From Niabella sp. (GTDB lineage Bacteria; Bacteroidota; Bacteroidia; Chitinophagales; Chitinophagaceae): 64,000 bases of DNA. This document shows positions 18,407 through 28,762 of the stretch, piece by piece. Position numbers and translations under genes: made by a program. Position 1 is the first letter of the stretch; every line of letters begins with the position of its first letter. The stretch spans positions 22,166 to 86,165 of the forward strand of contig NZ_JASLGT010000014.1 of NCBI RefSeq assembly GCF_030150205.1, written 5' to 3'. A model generated the notes under the pieces. The model searched no databases. It worked only from the letters and a program-made list of their open reading frames with translations, and had not been told where the DNA came from.

Positions 18407-21400
18407 TGTGATCAATTTCTTCTGTTAACGGATTTTCTTCTTCGTCTTCTACCAAAATATGCCGCTCCGATATACGGGCAAAAATGTAGTACAACCCTGG
18501 TATCACCAGTACACCAAAGATGGTTCCAAACAACATGCCTCCTGCTGCCGCCGATCCGATGGTGTGGTTGGCAATGGCTCCGGGACCGGTTGCCACCATC
18601 AATGGAATAACCCCGGCAATGAATGCAAAAGAGGTCATCAGTATCGGTCGCAAACGCGCGGCAGCACCTTCAATGGCGGCCTGCGCAGGTGAAAGACCAT
18701 CCCGGTGCCGCTGTACGGCATACTCCACGATCAGTACCGCATTTTTACCCAGGATCCCGATCAGCATCACCATGGCGATCTGCGCGTAAATATTGTTTTC
18801 CAGTCCGAAGATCTTTAGGAAACAAAAGGCACCAAAGAGCCCGATGGGCAATGAAAGCAGGATGGGCAGCGGTAATACAAAACTTTCGTATTGTGCAGAT
18901 AATACCAGGTATACAAATATGAGTGAAATAAGGAAGATGTAAATAGCCTGGTTCCCCCGGCGTGTTTCATCCTTGGAGATACCTGCCCAGTCGATACCAA
19001 AGCCTCGTGGAAGCTTTTGTTTAGCTACCTCATTGATCACATCAATGGCTGTTCCGCTGCTGACACCCGGTGCGGATCCTCCGCTGATCTCAGAAGCATT
19101 GTATAAATTATGACGGGTGATCTCAGATAAACCGTAGGTCTTCTTCATCGACATAAATGCCGAGTAAGGCACCATTTCATCATGATCATTTTTTACATAA
19201 TAGTTAAACACATCTTCCGGCAACTGGCGGTACTGCGGCAGGGCCTGTACCATTACTTTATACGGCCGGTCAAACTTGATAAACCCTGTTTCGTAGTTAC
19301 TGCCCACCAGTGTAGAAAGGTTATCCATTGCCTTCTCTACAGAAACGCCTTTTTGTTTGGCTTTATCATTATCCACAGCCAGCTGGTATTGCGGGAAGCT
19401 GGCGCTGTAAAACGTAAACACCGAACTTAACTCCGGCCGCTTGTTCAGTTCCTTTACAAAATCGCGGCTTACCGTTTCCATCAATTTATAATCGCCGGTT
19501 CCGGCTTTGTCTAAAAGCCGCAGCTCAAAACCGCCGGCAGCGCCATAACCCGGTACCGCGGGTGGCGGAAAGAACTCCAGCGTAGCGCCTTTAATTCCTT
19601 TTGCTTTTTCTTCCAGTTCTTCCATTACCTCCTGCATGCTGTGCTTACGTTCGCTCCAGTCTTTCAGGTTGATGAGGCAGGTTCCCGAGTTGGATCCGGT
19701 TCCTTCAGATAATGCCTCATAGCCTGCCGTAGTGGACACTGATTGAATATCATCCATACCCGAGGCTATTTTCTGCAACTGCGCCGCCACCGCATCCGTA
19801 CGCTCCAGGGTAGATCCGGGCGGAGTAACGATGATGGCATAAAACATACCCTGATCTTCCCCGGGAATAAATCCGGAAGGCACAGAAGTACTAAAGCCCC
19901 AGGTTCCGGCAATAAAGGCCACCAGTACCAGGAAGGTAATTGCACGCCGGCTTACGATAACCGATACCAGTTTTTTATACCAGCCCGTTAAGTTATTGAA
20001 CCAGTTATTAAAACCATCGATACCACGGTTCACCAGGTTTCTTTTCTTTTTTCCATGATTATTCTTCAGGATCATGGCACACATCGCCGGTGTAAACGTG
20101 AGGGCTACCATCCCCGAAAGAACAATGGCTGTTGCCATGGTAACAGAGAACTGACGGTAAAACACTCCTACCGGTCCGGACATAAAGGCAATGGGAATAA
20201 ATACCGCGGCCATGATGAGCGTAATAGCAATAATGGCGCCCCCTATTTCATGCATCGCCGCCATGGTAGCTGCTTTGGCACTAAGGCCTTCACTTTCCAT
20301 TTTGGCATGCACCGCTTCCACCACCACAATGGCATCATCTACCACAATTCCGATTGCCAGCACCAATGCAAAGAGCGTGATCAGGTTTAAAGTGATCCCC
20401 AGGAACTGCATAAAGAAAAACGTACCGATCAATGAAATGGGTACTGCCAGGATGGGAATCAGCGTCGAACGCCAGTCGCCCAGGAACAGGAACACCACCA
20501 AACCCACCAGAATAAATGCTTCTACCAGTGTATGCACCACTTTTTCCATAGAGGCATCCAGGAATTTGGATACATCATAGCTCAGCTCATAGTGCATACC
20601 CTTGGGGAAAGACGATTCCTGGATTTCCTTTAGCTTGGCCTTTACATTCCGGATCACTTCGCTGGCGTTACTGCCATAGGATTGTTTAATTACGATGGCG
20701 GCCGATGTGCGTCCATTCAGCTTGGAATAAATATTGTAGAAGGCACTACCCAGCTCTACATCCGCGATATCTTTTAAATGCAGCAGTTGTCCGTCCGGCC
20801 CCGTCTTCAGTACAATATTGTCATAATCCTCTTTCTTGTTATAACGACCGGTATATTTTAATACATATTCAAAAGCCTGTGATTTTTTACCGGAGCTTTC
20901 GCCCAGGCGTCCCGGGGATGCTTCAAGGCTCTGATCACTCAGCGCTTCCATTACTTCATTGGCGGTGATCTTATATGCCAGCATGCGATCCGGCTTCAAC
21001 CATACCCGCATGGAATATTCTTTGTCCCCCAGGATGTCGGCAAACCCTACGCCGTTCACCCGCTTCAGTTCGGCCAGCAGGTTCAGATCGGCAAAGTTGT
21101 AAATAAAGCTGCCATCCAGTTTGGGGTCATCACTGTAAAGGTTTACATACATCAGCATATTCGATTCTTCCCGGGTAATCTTTACACCTTCCCGTACCAC
21201 CAGGGGCGGTAATTTGTTTACTACAGCGGCCACCCGGTTCTGTACGTTTACAGAAGCCAGGTTCGGATCGGTACCCAGCTCAAAAACCACCTGGATGCTG
21301 GCTTCCCCGTCGTTACCGGCATCCGAAGCCATGTATTTCATACCCGGAATACCGTTGATGGCCTGCTCCAGCGGAATCACCACTGCTTTAATCATCAGTT

Positions 21401-21563
21401 CGCTGTTGGCACCGGGGTACTCTGCGGTTACATTTACCTTGGGTGGTGAAACGGAGGGAAACTGGGTTACCGGCAGCTGGGTAAGCGCCAGTATCCCCAG
21501 GAAAAGGATAATCAATGAAATAACAATAGACAGTACGGGCCTGTTAATAAATTTATTAAACAT
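18399..21563 (-). CDS. RND efflux permease (HAE1/AcrB family)
   Basis: FINRPVLSIVIS, AIGIVVDDAIVVVE, RLRPILMTS; 1054 aa. Confidence 0.96.
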   Translation of the reverse strand: MFNKFINRPVLSIVISLIILFLGILALTQLPVTQFPSVSPPKVNVTAEYPGANSELMIKAVVIPLEQAINGIPGMKYMASDAGNDGEASIQVVFELGTDPNLASVNVQNRVAAVVNKLPPLVVREGVKITREESNMLMYVNLYSDDPKLDGSFIYNFADLNLLAELKRVNGVGFADILGDKEYSMRVWLKPDRMLAYKITANEVMEALSDQSLEASPGRLGESSGKKSQAFEYVLKYTGRYNKKEDYDNIVLKTGPDGQLLHLKDIADVELGSAFYNIYSKLNGRTSAAIVIKQSYGSNASEVIRNVKAKLKEIQESSFPKGMHYELSYDVSKFLDASMEKVVHTLVEAFILVGLVVFLFLGDWRSTLIPILAVPISLIGTFFFMQFLGITLNLITLFALVLAIGIVVDDAIVVVEAVHAKMESEGLSAKAATMAAMHEIGGAIIAITLIMAAVFIPIAFMSGPVGVFYRQFSVTMATAIVLSGMVALTFTPAMCAMILKNNHGKKKRNLVNRGIDGFNNWFNNLTGWYKKLVSVIVSRRAITFLVLVAFIAGTWGFSTSVPSGFIPGEDQGMFYAIIVTPPGSTLERTDAVAAQLQKIASGMDDIQSVSTTAGYEALSEGTGSNSGTCLINLKDWSERKHSMQEVMEELEEKAKGIKGATLEFFPPPAVPGYGAAGGFELRLLDKAGTGDYKLMETVSRDFVKELNKRPELSSVFTFYSASFPQYQLAVDNDKAKQKGVSVEKAMDNLSTLVGSNYETGFIKFDRPYKVMVQALPQYRQLPEDVFNYYVKNDHDEMVPYSAFMSMKKTYGLSEITRHNLYNASEISGGSAPGVSSGTAIDVINEVAKQKLPRGFGIDWAGISKDETRRGNQAIYIFLISLIFVYLVLSAQYESFVLPLPILLSLPIGLFGAFCFLKIFGLENNIYAQIAMVMLIGILGKNAVLIVEYAVQRHRDGLSPAQAAIEGAAARLRPILMTSFAFIAGVIPLMVATGPGAIANHTIGSAAAGGMLFGTIFGVLVIPGLYYIFARISERHILVEDEEENPLTEEIDHNE

Positions 21564-21589
21564 AAAAACGGTTTTGGAATAGCATCATT

Positions 21590-22675
21590 TTAAGGGTTCA
21601 GGAGTTGCAGTTTACGGGCTACTTCTTCCGGTGCTGTATATACCGGCTTTATTTTCTGATCTTCTTTGATGGTTTGCAACCCTTCCAGCAGAATATGATC
21701 CGTTGCAGCAAGACCGCTGCCGATCACATACAGTTGGGGTAGCTCATATTGCACCGTAATATTTCTCGACCGTACTATATTATCTTTATCTACCACATAT
21801 ACATAGAACTTGTCCTGGAGCTCATAGGTTGCTTTCTGTGGTATAACCAGGGCATTTCTCAAAGGAATCTGCATCAGTACCTTCCCTGTTTGCCCGTGTT
21901 TTAAAAGCGCATTCGGATTTGGGAATTTCGCACGGAAGGCGATATTGCCGGTCGTATTGTCAAATTCCCCTTCAATGGTTTCAATCATACCCGGGTAAGG
22001 ATAACGGTCGGCGTTGGCCAATGTAAGCGCCAGCGGTGTTTTGGTGGTACTGCTGCTATCCGTTTTAAAATTCAGGTATTCACTTTCCGATACATTAAAA
22101 TAGGCATAGATGCCGCTGTTATCCGATAGCGTGGTTAACAGGGTGCCATCATCTACCAGGCTCCCCTGTTTGAACCGGAGCCGGTCAATGACGCCGCTAA
22201 AGGGAGCCCGGATTTCTGTAAACGATAAATGCGTGCCGGCTAAGGTCATTTCGGCCTTCGCTACGTCATATTTTGCTTTTGACAGTGCGAGTTCATTTTT
22301 GGAAACGATCTCTTTATCGGCCAGCAAACGGGTATTCTGCATTTCCAGTTCGGCGGAATGCGCTTCTGCCTTTGCTTTTTGATATTCTGCCTCATAAATC
22401 TTAGGCATAATGCGGAACAGCAATTGACCGGCCTTTACATACTGCCCTTCGTCTACATAACTTTTTTCAAGATAGCCTTTCTCCTGGGCGCGTATTTCTA
22501 CATTGCGCACCGATTGGAGTTGTGCGATATATTCTTTTACATAATTGGTGTCGATGGTTAAAGGACTGGTAACAGAAAATGTTTCAGCCGTTGCTTTTTC
22601 TTCTTTGCCCGACTTACAGCTTGTAGTTCCGTACGTGATTATGCACAAGCTGACCAGCAATGCGATTTTGTTCAT
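21590..22675 (-). CDS. RND periplasmic adaptor (MFP) lipoprotein
   Basis: VEIRAQEKGY...EGQYVKAGQLLF, EIRAPFSG, FPNPNALLKHG. Confidence 0.93.
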   Translation of the reverse strand: MNKIALLVSLCIITYGTTSCKSGKEEKATAETFSVTSPLTIDTNYVKEYIAQLQSVRNVEIRAQEKGYLEKSYVDEGQYVKAGQLLFRIMPKIYEAEYQKAKAEAHSAELEMQNTRLLADKEIVSKNELALSKAKYDVAKAEMTLAGTHLSFTEIRAPFSGVIDRLRFKQGSLVDDGTLLTTLSDNSGIYAYFNVSESEYLNFKTDSSSTTKTPLALTLANADRYPYPGMIETIEGEFDNTTGNIAFRAKFPNPNALLKHGQTGKVLMQIPLRNALVIPQKATYELQDKFYVYVVDKDNIVRSRNITVQYELPQLYVIGSGLAATDHILLEGLQTIKEDQKIKPVYTAPEEVARKLQLLNP

Positions 22676-23066
22676 TGTTGAATGGAAATTTTAAGGGAGC
22701 ACAACCGTTTCAGTTGAAAAAACTGAAGGCTGCTAAAAATGGCTACACCTGCGGAGCTGATCTTTACCGGAATGAAGGAATTTCAATCGATGAACTTACA
22801 AACGTATGTACCAGATGTGTTGTCCTTAATATGAGGTTCACCCGATACCTGGCAAAAAGCCAGGTCTGTACGCCGATCCGAAAAATCGTTCTGACGGGTT
22901 ACTGGTATCCCGTTCATTACCGTTGATCTGTATCACTCCGGTTTGCAATGTGTTGCCGGGGTTGGTAATTTTGATTTATTAATATTGTAAATGCGAAAAT
23001 GCGTTCTTAAAGGATTTATTCCAGGAAACCTGGAGTAGCAGTTGATGGTAACGCCGGGCCCGGCTG

Positions 23067-23441
23067 TCATACCCGGATAGAACGGAAAAAAATATATTTT
23101 TCGGGAGGCTGATAAGCTGCATGCCGTTTCCGGTACAACTTTTCTTTGTCATAACCATTTTGATACGGGTTAGGGATCCAGCTGATAACCCAATGTGGAA
23201 AATCTGCAAAAGACTGTTCATGCAGGCCCGGGGCAACATCTTCTTCCTTGTCGTCGGTACGGTCAAGGAACAGGTCGGTGGGAAAAACGGGCAGGTCTGG
23301 TGTAGTTGTATAATTGGCCGTTTTTTGTACAAATGCAGGGTCAGGAGAACGGTGTCCCGTTTTTTGCGCCGGACTCAATAATAAAAACCCCAGCGCAAAC
23401 ATCAAACTATAAACAATCATCAATACTCCGCCCCGCTTCAT
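23067..23441 (-). CDS. small secreted hypothetical protein upstream of the RND operon
   Basis: Hydrophobic N-terminus, acidic linker, C-terminal YIFFRSIRV. Confidence 0.6.
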   Translation of the reverse strand: MKRGGVLMIVYSLMFALGFLLLSPAQKTGHRSPDPAFVQKTANYTTTPDLPVFPTDLFLDRTDDKEEDVAPGLHEQSFADFPHWVISWIPNPYQNGYDKEKLYRKRHAAYQPPEKYIFFRSIRV

Positions 23442-23553
23442 AAAGGCGTAAAAATAATCCTTCCGGTTCTTTTCTAAAAAAATACTTTTTAATTTAAAAA
23501 TTTTATAATACCGGTATTGGGTTTTTTATGGGTACGTTCCCATTTTGGAGCCC

Positions 23554-23624
23554 TCAGCGTTCTTCCATTCTCCGCGGTTTGTTTTAAACGCAAAGACCGC
23601 TATGGACCCGCAAGGGACGCAAGT
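23554..23624. repeat. orphan copy of the GxxExxY arm plus adjacent 9-mer arm
   Basis: TCAGCGTTCTTCCATTCTCCGCGGTT vs TCAGCGTTCTCCAGTTCTCCGCGGTT at 5821-5846. Confidence 0.7.
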
Positions 23625-23644
23625 TTTTTAATAACCGAAGCGTA

Positions 23645-23818
23645 AAAGCTGGAAGCTTAAGGCTGTCAGCAATCAGTAGTTAGCTATCAGATGATTCCGG
23701 TTACGATAAGAGGAACAATTTTTAATGTGGATTCGCTATAGATCTGTCAACTCCGAACGGGGGCAGCACGGCTGAAAGCTAATGGCTTAAGGCTATCAGC
23801 TATCAGATGATTCCGGTT
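23645..23818. repeat. heptamer-armed unit homologous to the 47290 array
   Basis: Exact 21-bp direct repeat AGCTATCAGATGATTCCGGTT at 23682 and 23798; core aligns with 47330-47440. Confidence 0.8.
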
Positions 23819-24473
23819 GCGCCTCCCCCCCCTCTTTTACAGTAAATTCAACGGCCAATGCACCGCTGGGGCAACGATGCACCTGCTCTACGATCTGATC
23901 CGCCGGGGCACCATCCACGTCTACCCACTTCTTTTCCTTTGGCCGGAATACCCCGGGCAGCTCCTTCCAGCAGCGGGTTGCATGCTGACAAAGTTCGGGG
24001 CGCCAGATCACCGCAAGCTCCCCGTTCTGATACACGATCTTTTTTGTTACCTCCGGATCCCGTTGCATAAACGTACGTACCGTTACCTGGTTTTCCAGGA
24101 TCTTTGATATAGGGCAGGCTTTCGCAATTTCCTGCAACCGCAGTTTTTGCTCATCCGGCACCGGCTGGGGAAAATAAATGTCCCGGTCAATGACCGTAAC
24201 GGTCTTTCCCTCCCTGATCTCACTATATAAATTGGTATTCACCCGGATCTCCGGTATCGCCCACTCCTTACGGTCGATGTACATCCGCAGGGTGATGAGC
24301 GTACAGGATGCCAGTGAAGAAAGCAGCAAGGTATACGGATCGGGGCCGCTATCCTGTCCGCCCTGGCTTACCGGCTCATCTGCAATGAAACCGCCGTTGC
24401 GCCAGGTAATAGTACATTGATATTTACCGGTACCGATACCAGCATTTACCGGCTTTTCAAATTTATATTTCAT
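23796..24473 (-). CDS. OsmC-family / divergent (4Fe-4S)-binding domain fusion
   Basis: ADEP..GG.DSGPDPY.LLLSSLASC, ACPISK; C-terminal CQHATRC...RCPSGAL. Confidence 0.85.
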   Translation of the reverse strand: MKYKFEKPVNAGIGTGKYQCTITWRNGGFIADEPVSQGGQDSGPDPYTLLLSSLASCTLITLRMYIDRKEWAIPEIRVNTNLYSEIREGKTVTVIDRDIYFPQPVPDEQKLRLQEIAKACPISKILENQVTVRTFMQRDPEVTKKIVYQNGELAVIWRPELCQHATRCWKELPGVFRPKEKKWVDVDGAPADQIVEQVHRCPSGALAVEFTVKEGGEAQPESSDS

Positions 24474-24647
24474 ATGCTTTTTATATATACAGCAAGCTAC
24501 ATCATTTAATTGATTCCCGGATTAATCCAGGTTAAGGAATGGGCTATTATATTAATAGTAAGATGTTTTTAGTGATATGTTGGTGACGTCTGGAAATTCC
24601 GGCAATAAGTAAACGCGGCGCCCGCAGCCACTCCGCATCACCGTGGC

Positions 24648-24710
24648 AATTATATAAACCAAATCCATAATTGTGTAACAGTGCGGCCGGGCATCCGAGC
24701 GAACTTTGTA
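24648..24710 (+). promoter_or_regulatory. activator-type promoter of copA
   Basis: AATTATATAA (24648) and AATTGTGTAA (24669), 21-bp period, then GAACTTTGTA (24701). Confidence 0.6.
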
Positions 24711-24733
24711 GGGAATTATTAAACGATGTATTT

Positions 24734-27148
24734 ATGACAACCGATCCATTCAATGAAATAGCCATCCCCCTGGAAGGTGTAGAAAGCGAACACTGTGCCC
24801 TTATTGTAGACAAGGGGCTGGACAAAGTGGCGGGTATTGCGGCACATAAAGTAGAGTTAAACAACCGCCGGGCATTGATCAGTACTGATGAGAACGAAGT
24901 AGTGTCCAAAGCCGTATCGGCGATCCGCGACCTGGGCTATGAGGTACCTACCGTAAAAAAGAATATCCCGGTGCTGGATATGACCTGCGCTTCCTGTGCC
25001 ATCAGCGTGGAAAGCATGCTGAAGAGCCAGCCAGGGATCGTAAACGCTGCTGTAAATTTTGCAACCACATCCGTGGCCGTAGAATATTTGCCCAATATCA
25101 TTGACACCGCCGGTATGCAAAAGGCAGTACAGGCTATCGGGTACGACCTGCTGATCGAAAGCGCGGAAAAGGAAGCCGAAACGCTGGAAGCCATCCACCA
25201 GGAAAAATTCAGCGCCCTGAAAAAGAAAACCCTGTGGGCCGCCTTCATCACGGTTCCGCTGGTGATCATTGGCATGTTCTTTATGGATATGCCCTACGCC
25301 AACGAGATCATGTGGATCCTGTCTACCCCCGTGATGCTTTATTTTGGGAAAGATTTCTTTATCAACGCCTGGAAACAGGCCCGCCACCGCTCTGCCAATA
25401 TGGACACGCTGGTGGCCCTGGGCTCCGGAACGGCCTACCTGTTCAGTGTATTCAATACCCTATTTCCTTCGTTCTGGCATAACCGGGGGCTGCACGGACA
25501 TGTATACTTTGAAGCGGCAGCGGTGATCGTTACCTTTATCCTCCTTGGAAAACTGCTGGAAGAAAAAGCAAAAGGGAATACCTCCTCGGCCATTAAAAAG
25601 CTCATCGGATTACAGCCGCAAACCGTTACCATTATCCGCGCCAATGGCGGGGAAGAAACCCTGTCTGTTGAAAAGGTACAAAAAGGCGATATCATCCTGG
25701 TAAAACCCGGCGAGAAGATCGCCGTTGATGGCGTGGTTACGGGGGGCAGTTCGTATGTAGATGAAAGCATGCTGAGCGGCGAACCGGTACCGGTGCTAAA
25801 AAAAGAAGAAGAGGCTGTATTTGCCGGCGCCATTAATCAGAAAGGCAGCTTCCGGTTCCGTGCCGATAAAGTGGGATCCGAAACCATGCTGGCACAAATC
25901 ATCCGTATGGTACAGGAAGCCCAGGGCAGCAAGGCCCCGGTACAGAAACTGGTCGATAAAATTGCCGGCATCTTTGTACCCGTTGTGATCGGGATCGCCA
26001 TCCTCGCCTTTGTCAGCTGGATCCTGCTGGGCGGCGATAACGGTTTTACGCAGGGATTGATCGCCTTTGCCACCGTTCTGGTAATTGCCTGTCCGTGCGC
26101 CCTGGGGCTGGCTACACCAACGGCCATCATGGTTGGCATCGGCAAGGGCGCCGAAAAAGGCATCCTGATCAAAGATGCGGTAAGCCTCGAACTGGCTAAA
26201 AAAGTAACGGCCGTAGTGCTGGATAAAACCGGTACCATCACCGAAGGAAAGCCCGTAGTTACCGACAGCTACTGGAAAGATGAAGACACGCTTTTAAAAC
26301 AGATCTTTTTCAGCATCGAAAAACAATCGGAACACCCCCTGGCGGAAGCGGTGGTAAAACACTTTGCAGGATTACCGGTGGCCCCCATCACTGGTTTTGA
26401 GAGTTTAACCGGACGCGGCGCCAGTGCAAAAGCGGGATCTGCTGTTTATTATGCCGGGAACCGCCGGTTGCTGGATGAGAAAGGCATCCGGATCGATGAT
26501 GCATTTTTGGAAAAGGCGCAGCAGTGGAGCGATGCCTCCAAAACCGTAATCTGGTTTGCCGATGCGCAACAGGCGCTGGGTGTATTTGCCATCGCCGACC
26601 AGATCAAAGAGACCTCCGTAGAAGCGATACAAACATTAAAACAAGCGGGTATTAAAGTATATATGCTAACCGGCGATAATGAAGCCACCGCAGCCGCCAT
26701 AGCCCGGCAAACAGGCATTACCGCCTACCAGGCAGAAGTATTGCCGGAGCAAAAAGCCGCCTTTGTAAAACAATTGCAGGCAGAGGGCAACACCGTAGCC
26801 ATGGTTGGTGACGGCATCAACGACAGCACCGCACTGGCCCAGGCGGATGTAAGCATTGCGATGGGAAAAGGCAGTGATATTGCAATGGATGTGGCCAGGA
26901 TGACCATCATTTCTTCCGATCTGAATAAGATCCCCGAAGCCATCCAATTATCCCGCCACACTGTGGCCACCATCCGTCAGAACCTGTTCTGGGCCTTTAT
27001 CTACAATGTGACCGGTATTCCGGTAGCGGCAGGCATATTATATCCTGTAAACGGGTTTCTGCTAAACCCCATGATTGCCGGGGCTGCCATGGCATTGAGC
27101 AGCGTAAGCGTTGTTACCAATAGTTTGCGCTTAAAATGGAAACGGTAA
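24734..27148 (+). CDS. copA: Cu(I)-translocating P1B-type ATPase
   Basis: MTCASC, YFEAAA, CPCALGLATP, DKTGT, SEHPL, GDGINDS, YN and MALSS motifs. Confidence 0.93.
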   Translation: MTTDPFNEIAIPLEGVESEHCALIVDKGLDKVAGIAAHKVELNNRRALISTDENEVVSKAVSAIRDLGYEVPTVKKNIPVLDMTCASCAISVESMLKSQPGIVNAAVNFATTSVAVEYLPNIIDTAGMQKAVQAIGYDLLIESAEKEAETLEAIHQEKFSALKKKTLWAAFITVPLVIIGMFFMDMPYANEIMWILSTPVMLYFGKDFFINAWKQARHRSANMDTLVALGSGTAYLFSVFNTLFPSFWHNRGLHGHVYFEAAAVIVTFILLGKLLEEKAKGNTSSAIKKLIGLQPQTVTIIRANGGEETLSVEKVQKGDIILVKPGEKIAVDGVVTGGSSYVDESMLSGEPVPVLKKEEEAVFAGAINQKGSFRFRADKVGSETMLAQIIRMVQEAQGSKAPVQKLVDKIAGIFVPVVIGIAILAFVSWILLGGDNGFTQGLIAFATVLVIACPCALGLATPTAIMVGIGKGAEKGILIKDAVSLELAKKVTAVVLDKTGTITEGKPVVTDSYWKDEDTLLKQIFFSIEKQSEHPLAEAVVKHFAGLPVAPITGFESLTGRGASAKAGSAVYYAGNRRLLDEKGIRIDDAFLEKAQQWSDASKTVIWFADAQQALGVFAIADQIKETSVEAIQTLKQAGIKVYMLTGDNEATAAAIARQTGITAYQAEVLPEQKAAFVKQLQAEGNTVAMVGDGINDSTALAQADVSIAMGKGSDIAMDVARMTIISSDLNKIPEAIQLSRHTVATIRQNLFWAFIYNVTGIPVAAGILYPVNGFLLNPMIAGAAMALSSVSVVTNSLRLKWKR

Positions 27149-27210
27149 AACATGTAAGAATTACCCGGAATGATGTAATAGTACAGCCATTGATTGAAAC
27201 GAAATTTGTA
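27148..27210 (+). promoter_or_regulatory. second copy of the copA-type promoter architecture
   Basis: AAACATGTAA (27148), AATGATGTAA (27169), GAAATTTGTA (27201). Confidence 0.6.
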
Positions 27211-27233
27211 ACAGAATCTTTAAAATAATAATT

Positions 27234-27671
27234 ATGAAAACAATTCACATTTCCATTCCAAATATGCAAAGTGCGCATTGCCAGACACGCGTTCAGAACG
27301 CGCTCAGCAGTGTGGAAGGCATTACCATTAATGAAATAAAAGCAGGTCAGGCGGCCATTGCACTCAGTGATGCAGAACAGCAAAATGCTGTAACAGCAGC
27401 GATCGAAAAAGCGGGGTATACCATAGCAGGTATTGCTTCGGAAAACAGCAACGCAGCAGATGCCACCTTTCGTTTTAAAACCAATATCAATTGCGGTGGC
27501 TGCGTGGCTTCCGTAAGACCGGCACTGGATGGCAACAATGGCATTGCCGAATGGCAGGTAGATACCCTGAGCAAGGATAAGATCCTTACTGTAAAAACAA
27601 CCGGTGCTACCTCCGAAGACGTGATGAATACTGTTAAGAACGCCGGTTTTAAAATAGAACCCGTTCAGTAA
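27234..27671 (+). CDS. two-domain heavy-metal-associated (HMA) chaperone
   Basis: MQSAHC degenerate domain and FKTNINCGGC domain. Confidence 0.85.
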   Translation: MKTIHISIPNMQSAHCQTRVQNALSSVEGITINEIKAGQAAIALSDAEQQNAVTAAIEKAGYTIAGIASENSNAADATFRFKTNINCGGCVASVRPALDGNNGIAEWQVDTLSKDKILTVKTTGATSEDVMNTVKNAGFKIEPVQ

Positions 27672-27691
27672 GTAGTGCACAGATCCTTTAA

Positions 27692-27760
27692 AAACCATTA
27701 AGGCATTAAGCGCCGTTAAGTTCCTGGTAACCTTAATGCATCTTCATCTCTTAATGGTTT
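27692..27760. repeat. REP-like hairpin AACCATTAAG...CTTAATGGTT
   Basis: Inverted ends with periodic (C/G)(A/T)TTAAG arms. Confidence 0.65.
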
Positions 27761-27833
27761 ACTTCAATATTAAACAAACAGCCGGAGTAAATAAAATCCG
27801 GTGGGTTTATTAAACCGGAATAAATATAATTAT

Positions 27834-28601
27834 ATGAATCACAATTTACACCATACCTCCGGAGCTGATGTACAAATGCAGCTGTTAACAACGCCTGAAG
27901 ACCTCGTTGCAGAAAAGGAAATACAGCTGCTATTGAAACCGGTCAGGCACTCTGCTCCCGATGCTGTCGTACCCCTGGTACTGCAACACGAGGCGCCATT
28001 CCACCTCATTATCCTAAGCGAAGACCTGCAGCATTTTCAACACCTGCATCCGCAATTGCAGAATAACGACAGCTACCAGGTAGCCGTTACTTTTCCTGCA
28101 GGAGGCCGCTATTTATTGTATGCAGACTATCAGCCGGAAGGTGCATCACCCTTGGTTGATCAGATACCGCTGCAGGTGGCTGGCCATGGTCATCAGCCCG
28201 TTATTACCACCGGCGAAAAATTAACAGCCACTACCGGCGATTTTAGTACGGAGATCGATCCTGCTATTTCATTGCATGCCGGCACATCCGTGCTGCTTCC
28301 CTTCCGGATCAAACGGAACGGGCACCTGCTGAAGGCAACGGAGTTGTCGTCCTATCTTGGCGCCGTGGCACACCTGATCCTCATCCACCAGGACGATAAA
28401 GACTTCCTGCACATCCATCCGCAGGCGGGCACGGATGTTCCCATCATCGCGCATACCCGGTTTGAAAAAGCCGGCAGCTACCGGTTGTGGGTACAATTTA
28501 AGATAGACGGTACGGTGTATACCGCAGATTTTACCCTTGATGTGAAAGCAACGTTACATACCGCCCCCGAACAACAACAAATCCATCATCACCGTGGGTA
28601 A
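27834..28601 (+). CDS. His-rich putative metal-binding protein
   Basis: HEAPFHLII..DLQHFQHLHP, YLGAVAHL, FLHIHP, YRLWVQF; in copper cluster. Confidence 0.75.
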   Translation: MNHNLHHTSGADVQMQLLTTPEDLVAEKEIQLLLKPVRHSAPDAVVPLVLQHEAPFHLIILSEDLQHFQHLHPQLQNNDSYQVAVTFPAGGRYLLYADYQPEGASPLVDQIPLQVAGHGHQPVITTGEKLTATTGDFSTEIDPAISLHAGTSVLLPFRIKRNGHLLKATELSSYLGAVAHLILIHQDDKDFLHIHPQAGTDVPIIAHTRFEKAGSYRLWVQFKIDGTVYTADFTLDVKATLHTAPEQQQIHHHRG

Positions 28602-28762
28602 ATCCACACCAACTGTAGCATACAGGTAACGCCTTGCATAAAAGCAGGGCTTTATACCGGATTCAGTGTCTCTGTGCCTCAGTGGCTACGCCCAGGTATT
28701 GACATAAAAATAATGGGCCCATTAAAAAGAAACAGAATATATTGCGGGTGAAATATACCGGC

